A stretch of 64,000 nucleotides of DNA from Octopus sinensis (taxonomy: Eukaryota). The stretch spans positions 38,006,001-38,070,000 of the forward strand of contig NC_043007.1 of assembly GCF_006345805.1 (NCBI RefSeq), in the 5' to 3' direction. Positions within the stretch are counted from its first letter, which is position 1. Each line of letters opens with the position of its first letter. The notes below the pieces were generated by a model. It worked only from the letters and a program-made list of their open reading frames with translations, was not told the DNA's origin and ran no database searches. This document shows positions 1 to 13,144 of the stretch, one piece after another. Position numbers and translations under genes: made by a program.

Positions 1-1404
1 ACATTCAGAAGGATACAGAGTGAGGGGTGTAGTCGATAAATTGAAGACAACACATCACTAGTATCTATTTTGGAGGCCCCAGAATGATAAAGTAAAAAGT
101 CAAGCCTCATCGGAATTTAAATTCAACATATAGATGTATATATATAGCAAAGCAGCAGCGATTAGAGATGGTGTCAGCAGTGAAAGTTTTCAAGAGGCGA
201 GGCCACCAGCATGTAAAATAGATACCGATTTACGGAATGCACAATTCTAACTTATAAATTATAGATATAGTCATACACTTCTGATGGTGTGACTCTATCC
301 TGAGGGTTGAGTCAAATTTATAGTGAAAATCAAGTTGATTAGGACTTCACACTTCATAATAGACAAATATATATTTCTCAGTGTATGTATGTTTATGTAC
401 CGTGTGTACACATATGCATACTCACATACAGATAACGCCAAGTAACTTGTCCCTTATTTGTTTTGGTGGTTTTCCCCTGACACAGTACGAATATGAAAGG
501 AGAAAGCAGTGGCTTTGCTGAGATAGGTGACATACAGGTAGTGGGGGTGAGCAAACTGTAAAATATTGGGAAGAATGGAAGACAGAATGAGCGAAGAGAT
601 AGTGCAAGTAAGAGCTTTTTTAATCAATTTAGGTGTCAGAGTTGTCTCTCTTGATTTCCTTGACTATAATTATAATTAATGATAATGATCTTTCTCTTTT
701 GATTACGAATGTCATTTCGATTGATTAAACATTTGTGAGGGGAGAAAGTCGCTACCTGAAATATCTTAGCAGACGATATTGAATGTAAATGGAAATATAA
801 GCAAATGATATTGAACGTAGATAAAATTTAGCCAGGCTAGGAGTCTGTTATAAATGGCAGTAAGCAAAAAAAATGTGGGTAATAAACAAAGAAAATGTGG
901 AATGTTGACATAATATTGGTTTCAATTTTTGGCACGAGGCCAACAATTTCGGAGAAGGGGTTAAGTCAATTACATCGATCCTAGTGCCCAACTTGTATTT
1001 ATTTTATTGACCTCGAAAGGATGTAAAGTACAGTCTACGGACGAAATGGTACTATGCAGTTGGGCCGGGGTGGTACCGATTCTGCCAGTTCGCTGCCTTC
1101 TTGGTAGACAATATTGAAAGTATATATAACGAATGTTGACAGACGTTGATAGAAGAAGCTTGCCCGACATTTATAGATGGTTCTATTACTCTCGGAGCTG
1201 TGGCAGTTCCACTTTGTATTTGCAAAATGAAAATATTTTTTTGCAGTATAATTAGCTCTTATCAGCCTAGCTTTCTGTTCAGTGAAATAACGAAGTACCC
1301 ATCAGTTTTACAGTTTTCCAACTGTTTGCAATATAGATGGGTGAATTGATGTATTGGTGACTGACAGCGCACAGCTGGTGATTAGATACAATCTGCAAGT
1401 CTTG

Positions 1405-1505
1405 TTACATCTGATAATGTGGTAAATATCCCGTCGACTCGTCCAGCTCCAATTCTCGCAGACGTCTCAACGAAACAAATTGCTTGAAGTCTGTAACAGA
1501 CTTCA
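1405..1505 (-). CDS. Putative 3'-terminal coding exon of an unidentified host gene
   Basis: Minus strand: CTAAT branch-like motif, then TTTAGTCCTTCCAG| acceptor; phase-1 reading (x)KSVTDFKQFVSLRRLRELELDESTGYLPHYQM* in non-repetitive, GC-richer sequence. No homolog recognised. Confidence 0.4.
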
Positions 1506-1977
1506 CTGGAAGGACTAAATTGTATTAGAGCGAAAATGTGGACAGACAACATAGCGATCTCGGGCGGGGGGTGACCAGACGATGGGGAAGGGAAATCGGG
1601 AAAGAAGTTAAGTAGGAAACAAAGGAAAAGAAGCTGACACTGTTTACTGGAGGAAACGTGTTTTCGTACTTGGTAACCCGTCTTCCTTATCTCTGACATA
1701 GATATATAAAGACTGAGAGATAGGGTGAATTGAATGATGAGAGGAGGGAGATAGATTGGCTTACAGTGGAAGGAAAAGAAAGAAAGTAACAAAGAAAGAA
1801 ACAAAGAAAGAAAGAGAAAGAAAGATAGAAAGAAAGAAAGAAAAAGACTTGGTGAAAGGGGTTGTGGTGGAAGTGGATAAGCCAAGGAAGGGCGAAAGTG
1901 AGAATGAAGATATTGGTAAGAGAGGAAGAAGTGGAAAAAAGTGAGAGATAGGGGGAGGAAGAGAGAGTGGGAGAGAG

Positions 1978-2041
<64 letters not shown>

Positions 2042-2757
2042 GGATGAAATGATAAATTTGATAAAATGGAAAAGAAACAGAAAATCAAGGAAAGTGAGTA
2101 TGGAAAATACGCTAACGAACGAGAAGTCGAGGGAAAGTGTGAGGAGAATTGGAATAGATATTGAGAGAAATAAAGGTAGAGAGGGGGCAAGGTGGAGAGG
2201 AAAGAAATAGAGAGGACAGAAGCGGGTATAAGAGGAAGTAGGAGGAATGAGATGAAGAAATTATGTGATGGCTTGGAGAATACAAGAAGGGAGAACTAAT
2301 GAAAGGGTATAGAAAGAGCAGTTGGAGAGATGGCTAGAGAAATAGGGGAGGAGTAAGAGCAAGAGAGAGAGAGAGAGGGGGGAAAGGGAGAGAGGTGGAA
2401 AAGAGGAAGAACAAATAGTAGAAGGAAGAAGTGAAAAGATGAAAGAGAAAAGGATAGGGAACGTGAAAATTTGGAATAGAAGAAGGGGAAAAAAAACAAT
2501 AACTATTAAATAGAGAGAGAAAACAAAGGGGGGTGGGGAGAGATATTGAAGATTTCTATTTCCTCTTGTTGAACCACGGCAGATACAAAAGATTCAATTA
2601 GTTCTGTTTTACTTTCGAGATGTTATTGTTTCCTACTAAATTGACGAGAAGAGAGAGAGGGGAGGGAAGAGGAGAGAGAGAGATAGAGAAAGAGAGAGAG
2701 ATCAAAAGACAAAGACTTCCTCGTTTTAGAGTCAACGCCACACGAAACTTAATGACA

Positions 2758-3140
2758 TCTCTCTCTATATAAACGGCAGTTTGTCTGTGCGTGTTTCTGT
2801 GTTCTGTTTGCTTGTACCCTCACCCTGACCACGGCTTTCATCCGATTCTGATGAAACTTGACACACACATAGCCCAATGTCATAATTCAAAACTAACGTA
2901 GCGAAAATTTTGAAAAGTTCCCCCAGTTCTGAAAAAAATCGATAAATTCGACATGGGGTCGAGAATCAGAAACACAAACCGCAAACTGTCTAGGGGACGC
3001 AACTCCACCTTTTTTCACTCTCAAAAAAAATTTACCATCATTTTATTCCATTTTTTTGCTATTTTTTGGCTATAACTCTCTAAAAATGCTTTATAGTTAT
3101 TTCCCTTACAAACCTGAGCAACGCCGGGCGATACTGCTAG
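2758..3140 (+). mobile_element. Non-autonomous Helitron-type element
   Basis: A|TC 5' end (TCTCTCTATATAAACGGCAG), 3' GC-rich subterminal segment (GCAACGCCGGGCGATACTG) ending CTAG|T, no TSD; same 3' end as 24132-24769. Confidence 0.7.
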
Positions 3141-3350
3141 TTTTATAAATACATTTGCGGTTACTCGTGAATTTTCCGCGAGTGATAAGTGTTAAATTAC
3201 TTGCGGCAATGTATTTAAAGATTAATTGAAAAAAATACTTTTTCCTCTATGCTCCTTTTTTGTTCCCCTTTTATCTCATTTGATAAACGATAAAATAATG
3301 CCTCAGCGATATACTGTATACATGTATAATGCTTCAACGATATAGTGTGT

Positions 3351-3400
<50 letters not shown>

Positions 3401-3401
3401 G

Positions 3402-3460
<59 letters not shown>

Positions 3461-3464
3461 GTGT

Positions 3465-3883
3465 AGGAAGCATAGGAGTGGCTGTGTGGTAAGTAGTTTG
3501 CTTACCAGCCACATGGTTCCGGGTTCAGTCCCACTGCGTGGCACCTTGGGCAAGTGTCTTCTACTATAGCCTTGGGCCGACCAACACCTTATGAGTGGAT
3601 TTGGTAGACGGAAACTGAAAGAAGCCCGTCGCATGTATGTATATATATATATGTATGTGTGTGTATATGTTTGTGTGTCTGTGTTTGTCTCCCCAATATC
3701 GCTTGACAACCGATGCTGGTATGTTTACGTCCTCGTAACTTAGCGGTTCGGCAAAAGAGACCGATAGAATAAGTACTAGGCTTACAAAGAATAAGTCCTG
3801 GGGTCGATTTGCTCGACAAAAGGCGGTGCTCCAGCATGGCCACAGTCAAATGACTGAAACAGGTAAAAGAGAAAGAGTAAAGA

Positions 3884-3885
<2 letters not shown>
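3465..3885 (+). mobile_element. tRNA-derived SINE family A (CORE-like) with internal microsatellite
   Basis: Head GTGGTAAGTAG...GGTTCCGGGTTCAGTCCC, ACCTTGGGCAAGT CORE-like motif, internal (TA)/(TG) tract, tail ...TGACTGAAACAGGTAAAAGA; many copies in the window. Confidence 0.8.
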
Positions 3886-3938
<53 letters not shown>

Positions 3939-3996
3939 GGTATGTATGTATGTATGTATGTATGTATGTATGTATATATATATATATATATATATA

Positions 3997-4155
3997 ACAC
4001 GACGAGCTTCTTTCAGTTTCCACCAACCAAATCTACTCACAAGGTTTTGGTCGGCCGAGCCTATAGTAGAAGACACTTGCCTCAAAGAGTCATGCGATGG
4101 GACTGAAACCGGAACCATGTGGTTGGGAAGCAAGCTTCTTACCACACAACGACGC

Positions 4156-4158
<3 letters not shown>
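3997..4158 (-). mobile_element. SINE family A, 5' half
   Basis: Reverse complement of the family A head through GAAACTGAAAGAAGC. Confidence 0.75.
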
Positions 4159-4192
<34 letters not shown>

Positions 4193-4696
4193 ATGTATGT
4201 ATGTGCGCATACATATATGTATATATGTATGTATATATTATGAATTCATGATTGCATGTATATATATGAGTTATATTTCTTTGCTCATTTTTGTTTAAAT
4301 TTTGCAAATTATCTAGGCCATAAATGTGTTCTACTCTTTTATATATATATGTCTAAGTCCCTTGGTTATTGGCTGCAAGGTTGGAGAATTGCCGTGTTTA
4401 TGACGGATGTTTTGTCAGAAACACGAGTACGCAACTCCCCTTTCATCTTCCTCCAATGAACCGGTCCTTTTCTTTGATAGTATGTTAACTGTAGAGAAAA
4501 TTTCCAACTGGAACTAGTCTTAATTATCATTTGGTAAATATGGTACATACTCTTGGTGCGCAGATAGTTTTAAAAAACGAAGAATTTATGTTGTATAGTA
4601 TTTTATATACCTGTATTTCTATATACCTATGTTCTTCAAATACAAGCCACAAGCCACTCTGAGTTATTTCTCTTAGCTCTCATTTTTGCTCATATA

Positions 4697-5727
4697 TATG
4701 AGGTTAAGTCAAAACTCTTACCTATTCGTTTCTGTAATATATTAAAACAAAGAAAGGGATTGAACAATTCCATCGCTTTCGAAGGGGCGAGATCTGAACT
4801 GTATGTAGGGTGTTCCAGATACTAGAAACCAATTTTCAATGGCTTCAACGGTGTGGACGGCTGTATGTGGGCGTGCAATTGTTGTGAAACAATAACACTT
4901 ACTTGACCATAGACGCTGGCGTTTGGTACGAATTGTTGATTTCAGTTTGTTGGCCAGCATTTCACTGTAACCAGTAGTTAACGTAGATCTCTTTTCCAGG
5001 CAATATTCTAGTATAGACCTTTTTGCGTCCCAAAAACAGTTAACGTCACTTTTTCTGCGGAAAGTTGAGTTTTGAATTTCTCTTTCGTTAGCGGTTCCGG
5101 GTGTTTCCCCTTCATATTCTGTCCTTTGGATTCTGGTTCAAAGTGATGGACTTAGGTCTCATTTCCTGTCACTATTCTCTTCAAAAAAGCTTCGCCTTCA
5201 TCGTTAGAGCGGTTGAGTGAGCGTTTGCAGATTTCCACAGGAATGCAACTTATGCGCTTCTGTAAGCTCTTTTGGCACCCATCTCGCACAGACTTTACGG
5301 AAGCGGAGCTTGTCGTGGATGGTTCCGAATGCAGAACCATGATTAATTTGCAGATAATATGCTATCTCATCGATGGTTACTCGTCGGTTCGCCAGAACTA
5401 TCACTTGAGCCTATTGAATCTACTTGTCATTGGTGGGGGCTGAAGAGCGAACTGCTCCCTCTTCGTGCTTCACGCTTGTCTAACCATTTTTAAACTTCTC
5501 GGTAGAGCCCTGTTCCCGTATTGTACTGAAAACCTGCGATCAATTCCAGCCCCTGACATACCTTCAGACCAGAGAAAATGTGTTCTTCCTTGGTGCACAC
5601 TGCTAGCGGAGCGATCAAGGCGAAACCTTGATTACGTAACCACATGATTTTAGCACGTGAGCACTGAAGGCAGGGCAGCAAACCGAAAGTTTTGCCGAAA
5701 GTCTGGATAATTTTTGGCTTCCCCTTG
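4697..5727 (-). pseudogene. Decayed mariner transposon (family 1)
   Basis: Frameshifted peptides APLAVCTKEE, LANRRVTIDEIA, RKVCARWVPKELT, FLKRIVTGNETW, ARPHTA; degenerate terminal inverted repeats. Confidence 0.9.
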
Positions 5728-6674
5728 TGTGTGTGTGTGTTTTGAAGTTGTTGGTCATGCTTTGAAGTGTAGGAATTTTGTTAAATACATCCACACTCAT
5801 ATTCGCTGAAATCGTTAGTTTTCCTGCTGCTTGGTTATTAAGACAATTTTTTAACAGTTTATCTTACTCGCTTGTAAGATAAGCAGCATGATTTTAATTT
5901 AACTATAAGCTGCTATATCGTGACTCGAGCCACAATGTAGAAGTTAACAAAAAAAGAAAAAAAAGAAAAACAATTTGAAATTGGTTTATCACTGCTCACT
6001 CCACCTCCCGTTTAGTTGTTCTGCTGAAATCTTGGGTCATACTCTTCAATAGTAATTTCCTATTGATATTACATATGTTAACACGCTTTATTATAACAGC
6101 AAACAATTGGTGCATTAGATTCTTTAGCGATCCTGCTGTGTTTCATGTAAGGATAACTTCAAGAAATTTCCAAATAAATACCAGAAATGCAAATCAGCTC
6201 TCTACCTCCTTCGAAGCTAAGTAACGTTTCATAATGGAAATGTATGCCGCAATTTCTCGGTAGAATAACGAGGTTAAGCAATGCCTGATGACAATTATAG
6301 AGCTAAAAACAGGCTCACTCCGGTTACTCGAGCTAATTTTTTTAGTGAAACTCTAATCGTTCGAGCATTCAAAAACGGACATGTCGGAGAGCTGCCGCGA
6401 AGGCATTCTTTAGTCCATCATAGACCCCACAAGTTATTATTATTCAACCAAATATATATATATATATATAATAGCGACAGAAGCAGTATTAATAACAAAT
6501 GGTGATATTTATCTCTCACTAAACGTAAGTTATGTTAGAACACTGAATACTGCGTTATTTGCTATGAGAGGACCACTCGTATGGATTGTGGTGCATATAA
6601 GCACTCGTGTTTATATCACTGACGAGTGATAATCATCCGTTGTGGCCGGCGAAATTGCCAGATCCTGTGATATC

Positions 6675-6913
6675 TATTTCTTTATTACCCACAAGGGGCT
6701 AAACACAGAGAGGACAAACAAGGACAGACAAAGGGATTAAGTCGATTACATCAACCCCAGTGCGTAACTGGTACTTATTTAATCGACACCGAAAGGATGA
6801 AAGGCAAATCGACCTCGGCGGAATTTGAACTCAGAACGCAGCGGCGGACGAAATACCGCAAAGCATTTCGCCCGGCGCGCTAACGTGTCTGCCAGCTCGC
6901 CCAAGGAAGGGCG
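6675..6913 (-). mobile_element. SINE family B with 15-bp target-site duplication
   Basis: Family B body (GAGCTGGCAGACACGTTAGC...TTCAAATTCCGCCGAGGTCGA...); AGATCCTGTGATATC at both 6660-6674 and 6914-6928. Confidence 0.85.
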
Positions 6914-7347
6914 AGATCCTGTGATATCACCCTTCCTTGAGCTTCTCAATGGCAGACTGGTGTCTTGTTTGGTGTCTTGTCCAAGATCTATACATTTGCA
7001 TGCATGCACATACACAGACACATATCCTGCTGGATATAAGCAATTATAAACAGCGCGAAGGCGTTTAACAGCGGGGCTGCTCGCTCATGGATAACCTGGT
7101 GTTAAACAATACCAGCTACAGAGTGACGAATGGCAAGCACGACCGACCCTGGAGAGACTTGAATTTCAACGCATTACACAGATTTTTAAAAAATACTGTA
7201 GAAAAATTATAATAAATAAAAGGTTCCTTTGAAATTTGAGAAAATCATACACTGTTATTGCCCCTTACCTCCACAACACCCCGACCTCACCCGTATATCT
7301 TGTGTATATTACATAGATATGTATATGTGAGAATATCTAAATGCGTG

Positions 7348-7392
<45 letters not shown>

Positions 7393-7551
7393 GTGTGTTT
7401 CAAAACGTCAAGACAGCAGTGGTGATGTTTGATTGACGTTATTTATTTCACTTATGTGAGATAAATTTTAAAAGGATAACACTACAAAGTGGAAAATGTA
7501 ATACTGCCCTGAAATACTCTGTAAATGATAAGGTAACCAATATAAGTAAGC

Positions 7552-7598
<47 letters not shown>

Positions 7599-8099
7599 AA
7601 TATATATCTTTATATATATACATAAATATACGCATGTATTTGTGTGGGTGTGTGGTGTGTGCGTGTGTGTTTATACATATATCCTTACCAATGTAAATTA
7701 TAAGATCTCAGTCACTTAAAACGGATTGTATGTTGGTGTGTTATGGGTTCCGAGCGTGAGGTTATGCGTGTGCGTTGGGGTAAAATGGTAACGAGAGGCG
7801 GTGAGTTAGAGTAAATAAACTCTATCTCGGAGCTTTCAACTTTAGACTTTCAACTTTCGTCTTTCGACACCAACGGTACGAGGAATGTCGTTAGTTGATT
7901 TGATAGTATTGTGGTTAAGTATCGCCTGCCGACTTCATTTTTTGCTCCGACAAAGGCCAGTGTAACTGTTTTTCTTTATATTTATATCTGTATATAGAAT
8001 ATGTTATGTTGTTACATTTGTGACAACCCCAATGCCTCGAACGTTGATCTTCAAATTAGCAGCTTTTGATTTTGTCAAAAGCTGTTTATACGTCTAAGT

Positions 8100-8437
8100 C
8101 AGTAGTTCTCAACCGGTGTCGACATGGCTCCTAAGGGTCCATTTAAGATTTTTGGGGGTTCACGCAATAAAGTAGTAAATTGGAGGTCCATAGTTGTATT
8201 TTAAGGGTCCTTGAAAAATCTTGCTTTAGATGTATGCATTGACATGTATTGCAAGAAACAGCTAGGGTTTCTTTCTCTAACATTTCATATAGTTCAACTT
8301 ACACGAATGTGAAAAAGAAAATAAGAATTTTGAAACTTCTATAAAACTAGTTTTAAACATTGGCGGATGGCCACGGGTCTACCAGAATAAAATAGTAATC
8401 AAAGGAGTCCATAGATAAAAAATGGATGAGAACCCCT
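8100..8437. mobile_element. hAT-type MITE
   Basis: TIRs CAGTAGTTCTCA / TGAGAACCCCTG; imperfect 8-bp flanks GTCTAAGT / GTCTGGAT; related to 34349-35027. Confidence 0.7.
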
Positions 8438-8788
8438 GGTCTGGATGGATGCATGGCGTGAACAGATGTGCCTCCATCGTCAATTTTCAGAGCAATCAAC
8501 AAGTGCGCCTATTTCCTCGACAGACGTACATGGTCCAAGTCCTAGAGTCAATTTGTTCAACTAAAACCCTTCAAGGTGGTGCTCTAGCATAGTACAAGTA
8601 AATATATATAAATATATTCTACCAAATATTATTTATTATTTTGCACATTACTTAATCATCGGTATATTATTGTTATTTTAAATTAAATATTTCTATTATA
8701 TGTAATTTTCTAGATGGTGCAATTCAATTGTTCATTTTGAATTGATAAAAGGTGGGTTTTCTCTAATTTTTATATATAAATATATAAA

Positions 8789-8820
<32 letters not shown>

Positions 8821-8821
8821 T

Positions 8822-8883
<62 letters not shown>

Positions 8884-8899
8884 TGTGTGTATGTATGTA

Positions 8900-9314
8900 C
8901 AGAGGTTGGACAAAATAATGGAAATACCTAGCATCATAGTATCGTATTTCTGAAATATCTATAAAACCGTCAAAAGCTTGTTTATTTTTATGCTTTTTTT
9001 TATTTATTATTAGTGTTGCGTAATATGTTTAGCTAAAATTGCTGTTTCTTTTCAAATATCATCAGAAAAAGGTAATTAAAATTCATTAAAATGACAAGTA
9101 AGGAGTCGATATCCTCCACCATCATTACTACAAAAACTGGAGATTGTTTCAGCCGAAGAATGGACAAAAATTCCTGTGGAAACAATTCAAACTTTGTACG
9201 AGTCCATACTTCGGAGAATTCAAGCTGTAATTACTACCAAAGGCGGTCCTACCCCATATTAAAATAAATTTGTTTGATATTTTAAGATGTTTCCATTATT
9301 TTGTCCAACCCCTG
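8900..9314 (+). mobile_element. Internally deleted Tc1 element
   Basis: TA-flanked TIRs CAGAGGTTGGACAAAATAATGGAAA / TTTCCATTATTTTGTCCAACCCCTG; residual C-terminus EEWTKIPVETIQTLYESILRRIQAVITTKGGPTPY*. Confidence 0.85.
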
Positions 9315-9504
9315 TACATAGAGAGGGAGGAGAGACAGTCAGGCAGGAATTATTTATTATTAATCCAAACAAGTGGGAGATTAGAAGAAATGAAGTTGAA
9401 AATGACCAGAGAATATATTAGAATTAATTAGAATTTAATTATATGTCAAAATATAGGAATACACTTAACTGGTTTCACATTAGATATTCAAAAGAGAATA
9501 CTAT

Positions 9505-9730
9505 TTCTTTACTACCCACAAGGGGCTAAACATAGAGAGGAAACAAGGACAGACATAGGTACTAAGTCGATTCCATCGACCCCTGCGGAACTGGTACTTA
9601 ATTTATCGACCCCGAAGGATGAAAGGCAAAGTCGACCTCGGCGGAATTTGAACTCAGAACGTAGCGGCAGACGAAATACCGCTAAGGATTTCGCTCGGCG
9701 TGCTAACGTTTCTGCCAGCTCGCCGCCTTT
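9505..9730 (-). mobile_element. SINE family B
   Basis: Reverse complement of AAGGCGGCGAGCTGGCAGAAACGTTAGCAC...; homologous to 6675, 35614 and 53950 copies. Confidence 0.8.
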
Positions 9731-11279
9731 TATTCAGAAGTGAATACCGTACGGAGTTGTGTCGCGAATTATGTCTGTTTTGGCCGTTGTTATAAAAATA
9801 GTTTGTTTTTAATGTAAAACTGTGACTCAAACCGTTATCTGCTAACGTACAAATTGATTGGTCAACGATCATACATACATACATACATACATGCATGTAT
9901 GCATACATACATACATACATACATACATACATACATACATACATACATACATACATACATACATTCATTCATACATGCATGCATGCATGCATGCATGCAT
10001 GCATACATACATACATACATACATACATACTTATGTACATAAATGCATACATATACATAAATGTATAAATACATACATACATACATACATACATACATAC
10101 ATACATACATACATACATACATACATACTTATGTACATAAATGCATACATATACATAAATGTATAAATACATACATACATACATACATATTTATAAGGGT
10201 GGGGTGCAAGAATGAAGGAAGGAAGCAGAATATGAGGAAAAGAGTAAAAAAAGGGGGAGTAATAGAAAGGAAATGAAAAATAAAGGAGGGTAAAAGGAAG
10301 AAAATAGACAAAAGGAAAAAGAAGAGAAAGAAAAAGGAAAAGAAGAGGCAACAGGTGTTTGAAGCATACAGTTTTGAATAGCAGATAAACTATTTAAAAT
10401 AATGAATGAAAAATAAAAATAACATGATAGTTGAAAAGGCAGGTTGCTGAATAGGGGATGGGTAAACGAAATACAGACTCTCCCCATCATTAAACTCTAT
10501 AACTGGAAATCTATCACTATGCAAACCCATCTATATCAGTCTCTCTATATATATATATATGTATATATATATAATGTGTGTGGTGTGTGTGTGTGTGGTG
10601 TGGGTGTGTGTGGTTGTGTGTGTGTGTTGTGTTGTGTTGTGTGTGTGGTGTGTGTGTGTAAAATATATATATAAAAATACAAATGGGACAAGAACGCAAA
10701 ACATTCAATAGAGACATAAAAAAAAACGGACGGGTCATTCGAAGCCTCTAATCTTCAGTCAGAACGGATCATCTCGCAATTTCGGCTGATTAATCCTGAG
10801 ATCGCTCCGATCCGGCCAGCCCCCAAGGAAAAACTAAGCTACGAGCATTAGATTTCTTGGTAAAAGGATCGAATGTATAGGAAACAAGGACAGAAAAACG
10901 GACGATGCCACACGAATATAAATACAAACAACAATAATAATAATAATAACAGGACAAAAACAACAGGTGTCTTTCGACTTTAGACAGTTCAACTTAGCTT
11001 AGCTGGCGTATTTGGAAAATAATGCCTTACGGCGGACGAAGAAATCGATGTTGTCGTGGCGGTGCTCAGAAGCCGAAAGGCTAGTTGACCGGCGGTCATG
11101 TGAGAAGAGAAGAGAGAGAAAAAAGGGGCAAAGGAATCAAAGAGAGAGAGAAAAAGAGGGACAAAGGCACCAAAGAGGGGGAGGAGAGAGAGAAAAAGAA
11201 GGAATTAAGGAGGGGAGAAGAAAGAGAGCGTGCCAAGGATTGGCGGGACAACAGAAAGGCAGGGTCGGATATATATATA

Positions 11280-11480
11280 TATGGTGAGTTTACGAAAAAA
11301 CAAAAGACGAAAACAGGTGTGTACAAAACAAACAGATGTATTAGTATAACGCTCAGGAATAGAAAAAGTCTTTTACGTTTCGAGTCTACGCTCTTCTACA
11401 GAAAGGGACACAGAAAAAAACAAGAAGAGAATCAAGGAGAGAAAAAATGTGTGTAGTGGCTAACGATCTATGATAGCGAT
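11280..11480 (-). mobile_element. Penelope-type terminal remnant (family H1) carrying a hammerhead-like motif
   Basis: Homologous copies at 13960-14160, 14220-14380, 48670-48900, 49920-50125 and 62260-62330; most abut (TA)n or (TACA)n tracts. Confidence 0.55.
11370..11405 (-). ncRNA. Minimal type-I hammerhead-like motif, family H1
   Basis: CUUU-CUGUAGA-A-GAGC-GUAG-ACUC-GAAAC-GUA-AAAG (one stem II mismatch). Confidence 0.5.
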
Positions 11481-11792
11481 TTTCCTGTCACAACTTGCCT
11501 GAAAAGCCTATGTGCATACGGGTGAAACTCAGAGTATCAAGAAGGTGACTCAATCAAAATAGAATGTAAATATTTCTACCCTGGAATTGGGTACTCTTTT
11601 TTTCGACAGTTAATACTAAACTTGTATACATACATACATACATACATACATACATACATACATACATACATACATACATACATACATACATGCATGCATG
11701 CATACATACATACATACATACATACATACATACATACATACATACATACATACATACATACATACATACATACATGTGTACGTGCGTATGTA

Positions 11793-13074
11793 ATGGGTCA
11801 TCCCAAATAATTTTTTCAATTGTATGAGCTAAAAGTCAGAGGGGGACGGGATAAACTAACTGCATCAACTTCCTATAAAAGCAGGCAGTAAGTTTACCTT
11901 GTGCTTATTCTTAGTGCAAATTTTGAAGAGTGCAGCTTGATTTTAACTGTTATTTTTTCAAGGCTATAATGGAAGTGACAAAGGAGCATGCATATTCGGC
12001 ATATTTTGCCTTATGGGTTCCATAAAAGCAACAACGCAACGCAAGTGCGAGGGATATTAATGCAGTATATGGGGATCAGACAATAAGCGTAAGCCAGTGT
12101 CAACGGTGCTTCTAGAAATTCCGAGCCGGAAACTACAGCCTAGAAGACAAGCTTCGTCCTGGAAGATCAGTAGATCTCGACGAGGACGTCTGCAAACCCT
12201 GGTGGAACAAAATTCCATTGTAACTGTTGAGGAACTAGCAGAGACGCTTGGATTTGGTCATTCAACCATTCATCGACACCTGCGTGCCAACGGAAAAGTC
12301 AGCAAATTGGGTCAATGGCTTCCTCACAAACTTTCCGAGTCTAATCGCACGCAGAGAGTGAATGTGTACTCTTCTTTACTGTCACGTCTCACGAATGAAC
12401 CTTTTTTTTTTTTTGGACCGAATAGTGACTGGTGACGAGAAATGGGTTCTCTATAAAAATGTCAAGCGCCGAAGACAGTAGGTAGGGAAAAGAGAAAGAC
12501 CGATACCCCAGGCTAAAGAAGGCCATCGCTCACGAGAGGTGTTGTTATCTGTTTGATAGAATATGAAAGGTTTAGTCCTCTTTGAACTTTTAAACCCAAA
12601 CCAAACGATAAGATCTACTGCGAACAGCTTGAGCGGCTGAAATCAGCGCTAGGAGGGAAACGACTGTCTTTGGTTTCAAGATGGAAGGTGTTCTTCTATC
12701 AGGATAATGCTCGTGCGCATACAGCAAGGATGACATTTCAAAGGCTGGAGCAGTTTGAATAGGAAACGATGCCCCAACCACCATATTCGCCGGAACATTG
12801 CCCTATCTGATTATAATTTTTTCCGAAGTCGTCAAAATCATCTGGACGGAAAAAATACGAATTCTGTTGACGAGTTCAGAACAGTACTGGAGGAGTATTT
12901 TCCGTCACGGACAAGTTGAATTTTGAAAGAGGGGCCTTGCAAGTCTACAAGATAGATGGAAGAGCATTGCAGAAAATGAAGGAGAGTATATTTTAGATTA
13001 GAAAAGAGGTTTGTTAATCTTAATTTTGAAAAATAAAAGTATAAAAAAACCGCATTATTTATGGGATAACCTAA
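11793..13074 (+). pseudogene. Full-length decayed mariner transposon (family 2)
   Basis: TA-flanked TIRs; transposase 11969-13001 (MEVTKEH..., GQWLPHKLS, IVTGDEKW, QDNARAHT, PPYSP, GEYILD*) broken by frameshifts and stops. Confidence 0.92.
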
Positions 13075-13101
13075 TATATTAAAGTGTGTGTGTGTGTGTG
13101 T

Positions 13102-13144
<43 letters not shown>

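Noticed and set aside
10730-10830. Hammerhead in the minus-strand CUGAAGA...GAAU motif
   Set aside because: No convincing stem II or stem III and no intact GAAA; probably a retroelement remnant, but the fold is unsupported.
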